Positions 9,326 through 18,342 of a stretch of DNA of 64,000 nucleotides are shown here, in pieces. The notes beneath the pieces were generated by a model, which did not search any database, had not been told where the DNA came from, and saw only the letters and a program-made list of their open reading frames with translations. The translations under genes and the position numbers were made by a program. How positions within the stretch are numbered: position 1 is the stretch's first letter; the number at the start of each line of letters is the position of its first letter. Origin of the DNA: Candidatus Kaiserbacteria bacterium (GTDB lineage: Bacteria > Patescibacteriota > Minisyncoccia > Phycocordibacterales > UBA2100); assembly GCA_028286585.1 (NCBI GenBank), contig JAQBRI010000009.1, positions 28,010-92,009 on the forward strand, written 5' to 3'.

Positions 9326-9934
9326 CTAGGCGCCGATTTCAGGGAAGAGAAAATCTTTTCCGCCGCGGCCGCGGAGTTCGTTGCGATGATCAAGAAGGCG
9401 TGCGTAATTCTTCTCGCGATCACTAGCGTCTTTCGCGAGTGGCACGCGGTACTCCGCGTCGCCATGTGGCTGAATGATATTGATGTGAATATGCGGAATC
9501 GTACCTGCGTGGTAAAGCGGATCACCGAAGCGCATGAGAATACCGCCGCCCCTCAAATCAAACTGTTTAACGGCACAAGAAAATAAAAATCCGATGCATA
9601 TCCAATCGCTGTCGGTGAGCTCCCCAACATCGGTGATGTGTTCGTCCGGGACGATCAGAAACATATGCCTTGTCTCCTTGGCGGGGAAATCATTCTTCCG
9701 AAGTTTCCAGTCCCCTGCGGCAAGTATGTCCGACCCTCCTTGTTTACAAAAAGGACAATGTCGTCTCGGATCGATGAGCGCCTTGATCGTCGAGCTGAAC
9801 TGGTCGAAGCTTCGACACCCCATAAGGTACTTCATGTTCGTGCTGAGACTCTGTATCCCAGCAAACTCGTTCGGCAAAGCAAAAAGTTCGGTAAATACTT
9901 CGCATGACATCTTACATCTCCATGACCATGTCAC
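9326..9934 (-). CDS. HIT-superfamily protein, GalT/Ap4A-phosphorylase branch (paralog 1)
   Basis: CPFCKQ zinc-knuckle plus IPHIHINIIQP (HxHxN/Q variant of the HIT motif); clear similarity to adjacent paralog (MRFGDP..H.H). Confidence 0.5.
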   Translation of the reverse strand: MTWSWRCKMSCEVFTELFALPNEFAGIQSLSTNMKYLMGCRSFDQFSSTIKALIDPRRHCPFCKQGGSDILAAGDWKLRKNDFPAKETRHMFLIVPDEHITDVGELTDSDWICIGFLFSCAVKQFDLRGGGILMRFGDPLYHAGTIPHIHINIIQPHGDAEYRVPLAKDASDREKNYARLLDHRNELRGRGGKDFLFPEIGA

Positions 9935-9981
9935 CCATCTGTGACTACGGCGATACTATCCCAAATCTGTCTTTTTCGCAA

Positions 9982-10440
9982 TTACTTCTTTGATTTTCCA
10001 ATCTTCACTCGTACTGGTTCATAATCAGGACTTTCTATATCCGGCTCGATAAGTTGTGCATGAAGATGTCTAACTGTTCCTCCCGATTTTTCTGGTTCTC
10101 CAAATCTCATCGCAATGCCTCCCCCTGTAATATTTCTCTCTTTTATCGCCCAGCGAAAATGCTCCATTAGTTCGGCATATGCTTCGGGAGATAGTTCATC
10201 GATCGCTTCGACATGATTTTTTGTGATAGCTAAAAGATGGTTTTTTGTATGCTCATATGGCCATTGATTATCTGTGAGTATCCAAAACTCTCCTTCTCTC
10301 AAAATAGGTTTTTTATGATAGCGAGCGAGATATTCCGGACAAAACGGACAAACTCCGTCTTCTACGATTATGTTCATAACCGCCCGCTGTTCATCCAGTC
10401 GTGCGTTATCCAAATTAACAAAAGCCTTTTCATTTGCCAT
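9982..10440 (-). CDS. HIT-superfamily protein, GalT/Ap4A-phosphorylase branch (paralog 2)
   Basis: VCPFCPEY zinc-knuckle, WILTDNQWPYE, and VRHLHAQLIEP (HxHxQ, the GalT/Apa2-type nucleotidyl-transfer motif). Confidence 0.55.
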   Translation of the reverse strand: MANEKAFVNLDNARLDEQRAVMNIIVEDGVCPFCPEYLARYHKKPILREGEFWILTDNQWPYEHTKNHLLAITKNHVEAIDELSPEAYAELMEHFRWAIKERNITGGGIAMRFGEPEKSGGTVRHLHAQLIEPDIESPDYEPVRVKIGKSKK

Positions 10441-10442
10441 AC

Positions 10443-11327
10443 TTATACAGCGACCGGAATGTCTTTCATTCCAGGATGTGGTTCATAGTCACTCAATTCA
10501 AAATCTTCTGAACGATATGCAAAGATGTCATCTTTTTTGTTGATCATCGTAACAGTTGGCAGTCGCAAAGGGGCGCGAGTAAGGAGCTCCTCCACGTTTG
10601 GAATCTGGTCGACATAAATATGCGCATCCGAAAAACTATGTACAAATTCGTGCGGAATTGTGTTTGTTACGTGTGCTAACATCATCAAAAGCGCGCTGTA
10701 TTGGATCATGTTTGAAGGCACTCCCACCGGAAAGTCAGCCGAGCGCTGAAACATGTGGAGCGTCAGTTTATTGTCGATAATTCTAAAGTGCATCCATCCA
10801 TGGCACGGCGCCACAACCACCTTTTGCTGTTTGCCAGTGCCGCGAATAATGTACTGTGGAATCCATGGCGAAATAAAGTGCGTTCGCAAATGCGGAAATT
10901 CGATCATCTGCTCGATAATATTTTTGATTTGGTTATAACTTTCGCCTTCGGCTGTTGGAAAATCATGAAATGCCGCACCATACGATCCGGGTCCTAAGTC
11001 TCCTACCGCAAGTCCGCGTTTTGCAGCTTTTTCAGGTGTACCCCACGGAGTCCAAAATTTACATCCATATGACTCAAGCCCTTCGAGCGTGCGTTCACCA
11101 TTTATAAACGCGCAAATTTCTCCAATAGAGCCTTTCCAAAAACCTTTTACGCTTCGCTCGGTAATCATCGGAAATCCGTTCTCAAGCTTAAAATGCATCG
11201 GAGGAGGAGCAATAACAGTAAGCGCATCCACTCCTTGCTGACTCGAAACCCGTTCGCCATGTTTGAGAATATATTCCAAATTGTCGCGATACTGCGTGTC
11301 TGGTGTTCGCTCTTCAAATGGCTTCAT
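10443..11327 (-). CDS. thyA: Thymidylate synthase (start placed at internal Met; ORF track extends to 11588)
   Basis: PCHGWMHFRI...LHMFQRSADFPVGVPSNMIQYSALLMMLAHVT matches ThyA active-site Cys and QRSxD..GxPFN motifs. The extra 87 N-terminal codons of the 381-aa ORF overlap the divergent dut gene and lack ThyA similarity. Confidence 0.85.
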   Translation of the reverse strand: MKPFEERTPDTQYRDNLEYILKHGERVSSQQGVDALTVIAPPPMHFKLENGFPMITERSVKGFWKGSIGEICAFINGERTLEGLESYGCKFWTPWGTPEKAAKRGLAVGDLGPGSYGAAFHDFPTAEGESYNQIKNIIEQMIEFPHLRTHFISPWIPQYIIRGTGKQQKVVVAPCHGWMHFRIIDNKLTLHMFQRSADFPVGVPSNMIQYSALLMMLAHVTNTIPHEFVHSFSDAHIYVDQIPNVEELLTRAPLRLPTVTMINKKDDIFAYRSEDFELSDYEPHPGMKDIPVAV

Positions 11328-11390
11328 ACGAGCAGTATAACAGAGTGAATCTGCCGTGCCAGGGACTCCAGAAAATGATAGGATTCGGGT

Positions 11391-11819
11391 ATGAAGTTGC
11401 AAATCCGGCGCCTCGACAAAACGCTCCCACTTCCAGAATATAAAACCGAAGGCGCGGCGGGGATCGATTTGTATGTTCGCGAGAAAACGCAAATTCCCGC
11501 TCGCAGCATTGCAGTTGTACCACTTAATGTATCCATAAAGCCGCCAACAGAGCATTTTGTTCTTCTTGCGCCACGTTCCTCGCTTCACAAGCGTGGGCTT
11601 ATGTTTGCAAACAGCGTTGGCATCATGGACGAGGATTATTGCGGTGATGATGACGAGTATAGAGCTATTTTATATAACTTTACAGACTCGGATGTACTTG
11701 TTGCCCGAGGCGACAGAATTGCGCAGGCGGTCATACTTCCTCGCGAAAAGGTTGCTATCGAAGAAGTCGAATCTATGGAAAGTGTGAGTCGTGGCGGCAT
11801 TGGCTCAACGGGTATATAA
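11391..11819 (+). CDS. dut: dUTP diphosphatase
   Basis: Motifs AAGIDLY, PRSSL, GIMDEDYCGD, SRGGIGSTG are the five dUTPase motifs. Confidence 0.9.
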   Translation: MKLQIRRLDKTLPLPEYKTEGAAGIDLYVREKTQIPARSIAVVPLNVSIKPPTEHFVLLAPRSSLHKRGLMFANSVGIMDEDYCGDDDEYRAILYNFTDSDVLVARGDRIAQAVILPREKVAIEEVESMESVSRGGIGSTGI

Positions 11820-11926
11820 TCTAGCGTATGATTTAATTTCGCACATAGTGATTTCTTTTACTACTTTACAACTAGCGTCGCATTTTAAAGGACAGTTACG
11901 CGACGTGATTTTGTCAAAATCAACCT

Positions 11927-13195
11927 ATGAACGACTACTCACACATTCAAAAACAAGACGAAGAGGTATTTGCATCACTTTTGGGCGAAGAAACACGCGA
12001 GCGAGAAGGTATCGAATTAATCCCTTCAGAAAATTACGTTTCAAAAGCAGTGCGCGAAGCCAACAGTTCGATTTTTACTAACAAATATTCCGAAGGCTAT
12101 CCGGGCAAACGCTATTACGGTGGGCAATTCTATACTGACATCGTCGAAAATCTTGCGATCGATCGTGCCAAGCAACTTTTTGGTGCACAATTTGTAAACG
12201 TACAACCGCACTCGGGAGCAAACGCAAACATTGCGATGTATTTTGCTTTGCTTGAACCAGGTGACACCATCTTGGGAATGGATCTTTCGCATGGCGGGCA
12301 CCTTACACATGGTCATCCTGTCACCTATCTCACCAAGATTTTTAAATTCATCCGCTACAAAATGAAGGACGTAGAAACGGGTGAAATTGATTATGACGAA
12401 ATGCGAGCAACTGCACTCGAACATAAACCAAAGATTATTCTTGCTGGATATTCTGCATATCCGCGCGAACTCGATTATGCAAAAATAGCAGCTATCGCAC
12501 ACGAAGTCGGAGCATACGCAGTGATGGATATGGCACACATTGCTGGGCTTATTGCCGGTGGTGTGATGAAAAATCCATTTGATTATGGGTTTGATGTCAT
12601 GACTACAACTACACACAAAACCTTGCGAGGACCTCGCGGCGGCATGATCCTTACTTACAACAATCCCGAGATTGCCAAAAAAATAGATAAATCAGTTTTT
12701 CCAGGTCTCCAGGGAGGTCCGCTTATGAATACAATCGCTGCAAAGGCAGTGTGTTTTGGCGAAGCGCTCAAGCCGTCGTTCAAAACATATGCTGCTCGCA
12801 TTCTCGAAAACGCAAAAGCAATGGAGACAGTTTTCAAAGCAAAAAATATTCGCATGCTGACTGGTGGAACAAGTAGTCATCTTATTCTCGCAGACGTTTT
12901 TGGATCACTTCAAGTCACCGGCAAAGAAGCAGAGAACTTGCTGGATTCTGTCGGTATTACGCTCAACAAAAATGCAATTGCTGATGATGTTCGCGGGCCA
13001 ATGGATCCTTCGGGAATCCGTTTTGGTACTCCGGCAATTACTACGCGCGGATTTGGCACAAAGGAATGCGCGCGAGTAGCAGAACTCATGATCGACACTC
13101 TCACAAACCGCGAAGACAAGACCAAACTCGAAGAAATACACAGCGAAATAAAATCTCTCTGCGAAGCATTCCCTATTCCCGATTCGTTCACATAA
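11927..13195 (+). CDS. glyA: Serine hydroxymethyltransferase
   Basis: SHMT hallmarks: GGHLTHGH, TTTTHKTLRGPRGGMIL (PLP-Lys region), 422 aa. Confidence 0.9.
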   Translation: MNDYSHIQKQDEEVFASLLGEETREREGIELIPSENYVSKAVREANSSIFTNKYSEGYPGKRYYGGQFYTDIVENLAIDRAKQLFGAQFVNVQPHSGANANIAMYFALLEPGDTILGMDLSHGGHLTHGHPVTYLTKIFKFIRYKMKDVETGEIDYDEMRATALEHKPKIILAGYSAYPRELDYAKIAAIAHEVGAYAVMDMAHIAGLIAGGVMKNPFDYGFDVMTTTTHKTLRGPRGGMILTYNNPEIAKKIDKSVFPGLQGGPLMNTIAAKAVCFGEALKPSFKTYAARILENAKAMETVFKAKNIRMLTGGTSSHLILADVFGSLQVTGKEAENLLDSVGITLNKNAIADDVRGPMDPSGIRFGTPAITTRGFGTKECARVAELMIDTLTNREDKTKLEEIHSEIKSLCEAFPIPDSFT

Positions 13196-13312
13196 CCTTG
13201 GTTTGATTTATTGCCTCAACTGCTACCTCTGTACGCATTCTAACGACCGTTACAATGCGTACAGATTGTCATTTCATATGCGTGGCGAAGTAATCAGTAT
13301 TCAGCTATACTA

Positions 13313-13954
13313 ATGAACATGTTTACTACCGTTCTGTCGCTACTTCAAATCCCACACACTTCCCTAGCACATATCGTAACACTCATCGGTTATCCAGGTA
13401 TATTTGCTGCTATTTTTGCCGAAACAGGAGTCTTTTTTGGTTTTTTCTTGCCAGGATCTAGTCTTTTGTTTACGGCAGGTCTTCTTGCTTCGAAAGGAGT
13501 ATTTAATATTTGGGTCCTTTTTACTGTTGCATCTGTTGCAGCAATTTTGGGAGACAACGCAGGATACTGGTTTGGTTCAACTGTCGGTCACCAGCTGTAT
13601 AACCGTGCAGACTCGCGTTTTTTCAAAAAGAAATATTTGCTTGAAGCACATGCTTTTTATCAAAAATATGGATTACAAACTATTGTGCTTGCCCGCTTCA
13701 TTCCTGTAATTCGTACGTTTGTTCCGATCGTGGCAGGTATCGCAGAAATGGATTACAAACGATTCTTCTTGTACAACGTATTTGGTGGTTTTTTGTGGGC
13801 TGGTGGAATGTGTGTAGCCGGATATTATTTGGGCAAACATGTCCCATGGGTATCCACCTACCTTACTCCGATCATTTTGGTGATCATATTTATATCGATA
13901 CTTCCAGTTCTTGTGCAGTTTTACAAACAGTCTCGGACAAAATCACATTCTTAA
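13313..13954 (+). CDS. DedA/SNARE-associated family membrane protein
   Basis: Multi-TM; VLARFIPVIRTFVPIVAGI matches the DedA signature region. Confidence 0.7.
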   Translation: MNMFTTVLSLLQIPHTSLAHIVTLIGYPGIFAAIFAETGVFFGFFLPGSSLLFTAGLLASKGVFNIWVLFTVASVAAILGDNAGYWFGSTVGHQLYNRADSRFFKKKYLLEAHAFYQKYGLQTIVLARFIPVIRTFVPIVAGIAEMDYKRFFLYNVFGGFLWAGGMCVAGYYLGKHVPWVSTYLTPIILVIIFISILPVLVQFYKQSRTKSHS

Positions 13955-14007
13955 AGATTTGGAATTTAAGTATCGAAGCTTTTTCGTAATGCACAAGAGA
14001 AAATTTG

Positions 14008-14817
14008 TTATTGCTCGAGAAGCGCCAGCCCTCCGTACAACCCCCCATCATCTTTGAGCTGTGAGTGTATGAGTCGCGGTATCGTTGGGAATTTATGCAT
14101 AAGTAGTTTTAAGTGTTCCGTTACACTCTCAACAGATATTCCAATTTCATTAAACATGGATCCACCCAAGACGATAGTGTCTGGAGACCACTCGAGTATC
14201 ATGTTGTGCACCCCAATCGCAGTAATGCGTGCAAGATCTTCCCATACTGGAGAATCTTTGCCCAGATCGCGCGGATGCATTCCATATTTTTTGTGAATAG
14301 CTGAGCCGGATACGAGTTCTTCAAATGTTTCAAGACTATCGCCATGCGAAAGATACTGACCGCCTATTTCAAATCCTTCAGTTGAGCGGTCGATATGTCC
14401 GTCAATAATTCGCACTCCATTTACTCCAGTCGAAATGGTAAGATACGCCATGATCGCACTTCCTACACCTGCTCCATATTTATTTTCACCAAGCCCAACC
14501 AGCGCCGTATCATTCTCAAGCGTGACCGTACACTCAAGCGCTTGCGCCAAATCATCTGCCAGCGGCTTACCGATCCATTCCATGAGATGCTCTGCTGTTG
14601 CAAGTGAGCGCTTATCATGAGAAAGCACACCAGGTACCCCCGCAACAAAGCGATCAATTGCTCCGCCTTCTGCAAGTTGTTTTGCCATTTGAACTATCAA
14701 TTCCAAACCCTGTTCATATTGCTGAGGTGTTTCAACATGCGTTGAACTGATCGATGTGTGCGCATTTGAAGCAACGCGCATTTTTGTTCCTCCAATATCA
14801 GCAAGGATTGCACGCAT
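14008..14817 (-). CDS. ROK/BadF-type sugar kinase (glucokinase-like)
   Basis: ILADIGGTKMRVA N-terminal ATPase phosphate-1 motif and GVPGV; actin-fold sugar kinase size (269 aa). Adjacent to PGI/PMI. Confidence 0.6.
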   Translation of the reverse strand: MRAILADIGGTKMRVASNAHTSISSTHVETPQQYEQGLELIVQMAKQLAEGGAIDRFVAGVPGVLSHDKRSLATAEHLMEWIGKPLADDLAQALECTVTLENDTALVGLGENKYGAGVGSAIMAYLTISTGVNGVRIIDGHIDRSTEGFEIGGQYLSHGDSLETFEELVSGSAIHKKYGMHPRDLGKDSPVWEDLARITAIGVHNMILEWSPDTIVLGGSMFNEIGISVESVTEHLKLLMHKFPTIPRLIHSQLKDDGGLYGGLALLEQ

Positions 14818-14818
14818 A

Positions 14819-15799
14819 TTATTCGGACATACGTTTTTTAAACTCAGCTATAAGCGGCGTTTGAGGGAATGGTACTCCATAGCCTGTCGCAAGCTCTCGC
14901 GCAACTGCATCCCCCAGTAATATCGTTTTAAACGCCTTACTAAAGCCGGTATCCGATAACTCTACCGTATACACCCCGATACCTTTTTCGATGAGCATCT
15001 GGCTTGCAACCTGCATACGCTTTTGTATGCGCGGATTGTCATTTGGGTCCGCAAAAATGACAACGCCCATGGAATCTGTGATTTTACTCGTACTTTCTGT
15101 AACATCAAATCCGGATAAATCATTGTGACAAAGCTCTGGGCAGACATCAATAAATGCCGGTACCTTTGTTGTTTCATTAAAATGTACTTTCCAAATATAA
15201 GAGAGCGGCGTGTTTACGTTCGAAGCCCAAATAAGTGGTATTTTGTTTTTGAGAAAAAGTGCAATCGTATTTACTGTGTCTTGATGAGGAAAAAGATCTT
15301 CACGTACACCGGCAAGCAAAATTTCTTGTTGCAATGCATCATCTTCTAGTATCAATGCCAACGCCCGCATTCCAAAACCAATCGCAAGACGAGGCTCAAG
15401 TCCGATTTCTGGAAGAATAACGAGCGGTATGTTATGAGTGCGAGCAAAATCAGCCAACTCGCCACCTGTCGTGATAGCGGCAAGCGAGCATCCGCGTACC
15501 AAGGCCTCAGCAGCTGCATCCAAAATTTCTTCGGTATTACCAGAATACGAACTCAAAATAACTAATGTATCCTTGGGATCATATATTCCTGAGTCATACA
15601 TATACACTGGGAGTCCATAATCACGATGAATGCTCAGTTCGGGTTGATTATCAAAATTTTTGACAAGCCATGCCGGCAAATGCGACCCTCCCATACCGCA
15701 AACAATTGTATGTGGTTTATGCTGCAAAAAATGGCTTCTTTCAACCTTTAACTCAGTTGTGAATTGAGATTGAAATTGTATGTGTAAATCTTCATGCAT
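14819..15799 (-). CDS. Bifunctional phosphoglucose/phosphomannose isomerase (SIS domain, archaeal/CPR type)
   Basis: SIS-domain profile (IVCGMGGSHLPA, SYSGNTEE) and about 326 aa typical of PGI/PMI family. Confidence 0.65.
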   Translation of the reverse strand: MHEDLHIQFQSQFTTELKVERSHFLQHKPHTIVCGMGGSHLPAWLVKNFDNQPELSIHRDYGLPVYMYDSGIYDPKDTLVILSSYSGNTEEILDAAAEALVRGCSLAAITTGGELADFARTHNIPLVILPEIGLEPRLAIGFGMRALALILEDDALQQEILLAGVREDLFPHQDTVNTIALFLKNKIPLIWASNVNTPLSYIWKVHFNETTKVPAFIDVCPELCHNDLSGFDVTESTSKITDSMGVVIFADPNDNPRIQKRMQVASQMLIEKGIGVYTVELSDTGFSKAFKTILLGDAVARELATGYGVPFPQTPLIAEFKKRMSE

Positions 15800-15843
15800 T
15801 TAATAATTGTACCATATTTTAGTATTTCAAAAACAGCGCCGTA

Positions 15844-17802
15844 TTATTTTTTTAAGTGCAGCATGCATTCCAAATATGCTTGTACTGTAAGTACATATGC
15901 CGCATGTGTCCACGCGAGCGGCGTTGCTCCTACCTGTTCGCCAGTGTAGGGATTTAACTGTTCAGACAGCACTCCCGAAGGCTGCGCGTGCAATACAACC
16001 CAATCAAAAATATCAGTAGCCTTTTTCATGTCTGCAATATTTTCTGCACTACGAATGATATATTCTGCATACCACAAAGTGGTGAGTACCCATGGATTTC
16101 CTGGAGCTGTGCTATCGATACGAAAATATTCATCATTCTCAAATCGTGCAACGCCTCCTGCAAGAATATTTTTTGTAAGTATTTTGATAGAAGTATTCCA
16201 CGCTCGAATCATGCGATCATCATGTACATCAAGTACTTCAAATTTCATAAGTCCATACACGCTCGAAATATCAACGGTACGATCGTATTCCATTTTTTCA
16301 CCAGTGTGAGTAATCATATTTATGAACACACCCTTTTCCTCATCCCACAAGTGTTCAAGAATCGCCGCTCGTATTTCATGTGCGACCGTCAGATACTGTA
16401 CTTCCAAATCCGATTTACCCAATATTTTTGCCATTTCGCTTGCGGCAACGAGAGCGCCATACACACTTGCGCTCGTGTATGTACTAGTTCCTCGTTTGCG
16501 CTCCCATAAATCATATGAAGGAAATGGCAGGTGTGTTCTCCCATCACGATAATGGATCATAAATTCAGCGGGCTTTTTTACCAGCACATCAAACATTGCT
16601 TCCAAAAACTCCAAATCACGACTCTGTTGAAAGTGATTGTAGAGCGCGACGACAACAATCGCCGTTTCGTCCTCTTGTATCGGAAGCTGCGGATGTCCGT
16701 CTTTGATCCATGGGTGCCACGAAGAGCCAAACGATCCGTCTGCCCAAAACTTATGCAAAAAATATCCATCTGCCGATATTACGCGTGCACAAAATTTAAA
16801 GAATCGTTTTGCTGCACTGGTGTCACCTACAATATCCAGCATGGTTGCCGCATATGCTGCGTCACGCGGCCATACATATGCATATGTATCGTATCCCCAC
16901 TGCAGCATGTCGGAATCAAGCGAGGCGATGATTCCGCCCTGACCATCGAGATGGGCGCGAACATACATTAATGATTTGGTATAGAGTTGAGATTGTACAG
17001 AAGACAATTTTGAAAGATCGGTCGTGTATGTCTTGATCCATGCGCGCCAATATTCGCGCGTACTTAACACAATGTGTGAAGCAGTTTTTTGTCGCACACT
17101 ATGATCAAGCGCACGTGCCTCATGAATTGAGTGTGCTGCAAGAAGCCAGTAATGACATACTCGTGATTGCCCTACAGCATATTGACCATAAAATCCTATT
17201 ACAGAGTCCGCGGGTCCATGTTCAATAGCGTTTTGTGACAGCATGCCATCATCACAATCTCGGTGTGTACCTTCTTGATTGTTATATCCTGCGCGCCCTG
17301 TCGCATAATCCTGAAATTGTTCGCCGTCCAAATTACCTGACATTAAAAAAGCTCGTTTGTCTTTGTAGTGCACGATTGAATGCGATTCAGGATCAAAAAA
17401 GGCAGTATCTCCGCCATGAGCTTTGTATATTTCAAACTGCTGCCCAAAATACAATTTGATTTCGCGGATACGGTCTGCACCGTTCGTGACTCGTACGCGC
17501 CGTACAAACACCGGTTGTTCATTATAAATAATATCGGTAAATAATAGTTCTATTTGTAGGTTATTATTTCGGGCAATGATACTTGAAGCAAGTGCATTAT
17601 TTTCGCAGGTGACGACGACGCTCCAATCAGGGTCTGATATCCAACTCATCACTCCTTCAACCCATACACCAACGCGATGCAAATAATGTCCGCGTACATG
17701 ATCCTCTTGTCCCACATGCGGATAATAAATATCCCGCACCTGGCCGACACTATCAAGTGCGACGGCAAGTTCGCCATTGGAAAGTATCATAGAGCGAGAC
17801 AT
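15844..17802 (-). CDS. Glycoside hydrolase family 15 (glucoamylase/glucodextranase-like) with N-terminal beta-domain
   Basis: GYDTYAYVWPRDAAYAATML and other (alpha/alpha)6-barrel GH15 motifs; 652 aa matches bacterial GH15 with N-domain. Confidence 0.75.
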   Translation of the reverse strand: MSRSMILSNGELAVALDSVGQVRDIYYPHVGQEDHVRGHYLHRVGVWVEGVMSWISDPDWSVVVTCENNALASSIIARNNNLQIELLFTDIIYNEQPVFVRRVRVTNGADRIREIKLYFGQQFEIYKAHGGDTAFFDPESHSIVHYKDKRAFLMSGNLDGEQFQDYATGRAGYNNQEGTHRDCDDGMLSQNAIEHGPADSVIGFYGQYAVGQSRVCHYWLLAAHSIHEARALDHSVRQKTASHIVLSTREYWRAWIKTYTTDLSKLSSVQSQLYTKSLMYVRAHLDGQGGIIASLDSDMLQWGYDTYAYVWPRDAAYAATMLDIVGDTSAAKRFFKFCARVISADGYFLHKFWADGSFGSSWHPWIKDGHPQLPIQEDETAIVVVALYNHFQQSRDLEFLEAMFDVLVKKPAEFMIHYRDGRTHLPFPSYDLWERKRGTSTYTSASVYGALVAASEMAKILGKSDLEVQYLTVAHEIRAAILEHLWDEEKGVFINMITHTGEKMEYDRTVDISSVYGLMKFEVLDVHDDRMIRAWNTSIKILTKNILAGGVARFENDEYFRIDSTAPGNPWVLTTLWYAEYIIRSAENIADMKKATDIFDWVVLHAQPSGVLSEQLNPYTGEQVGATPLAWTHAAYVLTVQAYLECMLHLKK

Positions 17803-17846
17803 AATATGATTATTGTAACATCATAAAATTACGATATAGTGTTCGT

Positions 17847-18335
17847 ATGAATACGCCTCCTTCGCATTACACAGATGATCATCGCATTACGAGCGAAGAC
17901 TTGTTTAACGCTAGCTCATACGAGGAATTAGCACAAATTGCACTGGGCGAACTCAAGTCTCTTGGAAATGCAGTCTCAATTGTCTGCGGACCAATAACGA
18001 CAGGCGGCCGCGGATCGATCAAGGACAACGTTGCGGTATTTGGAGCAACCATCAAAAAATTATCCGAAACGAATATATTGTTTAACCAGGTGCCCTACGA
18101 GGGCTCAATCGCACGCCTACGGCAAATATGGCACAACGAAGGCAACACCGGATACTGTATGCCAATACTTGATGTGTTTTATGCCCAACTCTTTGAGAGC
18201 GGCAATATTACCAAAGCATATTTTATTCCAGGCTGGGAATCATCATTTGGTGCACGTTGGGAACATAACGAAATGAAATTACATGGAGTAGAAATCGTGT
18301 ACCTTACCGACGAATGGATCGATAGTATTATATAA
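17847..18335 (+). CDS. Hypothetical protein (162 aa)
   Basis: ORF between divergent GH15 and GH57 genes; no recognised motifs. Confidence 0.35.
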   Translation: MNTPPSHYTDDHRITSEDLFNASSYEELAQIALGELKSLGNAVSIVCGPITTGGRGSIKDNVAVFGATIKKLSETNILFNQVPYEGSIARLRQIWHNEGNTGYCMPILDVFYAQLFESGNITKAYFIPGWESSFGARWEHNEMKLHGVEIVYLTDEWIDSII

Positions 18336-18342
18336 AAACTAT

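Noticed and set aside
10443-11588. 381-aa version of thymidylate synthase with long N-terminal extension
   Set aside because: The extension lacks ThyA similarity and overlaps dut on the opposite strand. The internal Met at about 11327 gives a normal-length ThyA and a sensible divergent promoter region.
13196-13312. Inverted repeat TGTACGCATT...AATGCGTACA after glyA as terminator
   Set aside because: It has a 14-nt loop and no T-run, so is unlikely to be an efficient intrinsic terminator. It may be a weak structural element or a regulator site, but support is insufficient.
14819-15799. Possible glucosamine-6-P synthase (GlmS) SIS domain instead of PGI/PMI
   Set aside because: There is no N-terminal glutaminase domain and the size (326 aa) fits bifunctional PGI/PMI. 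This remains an HMM-checkable alternative.
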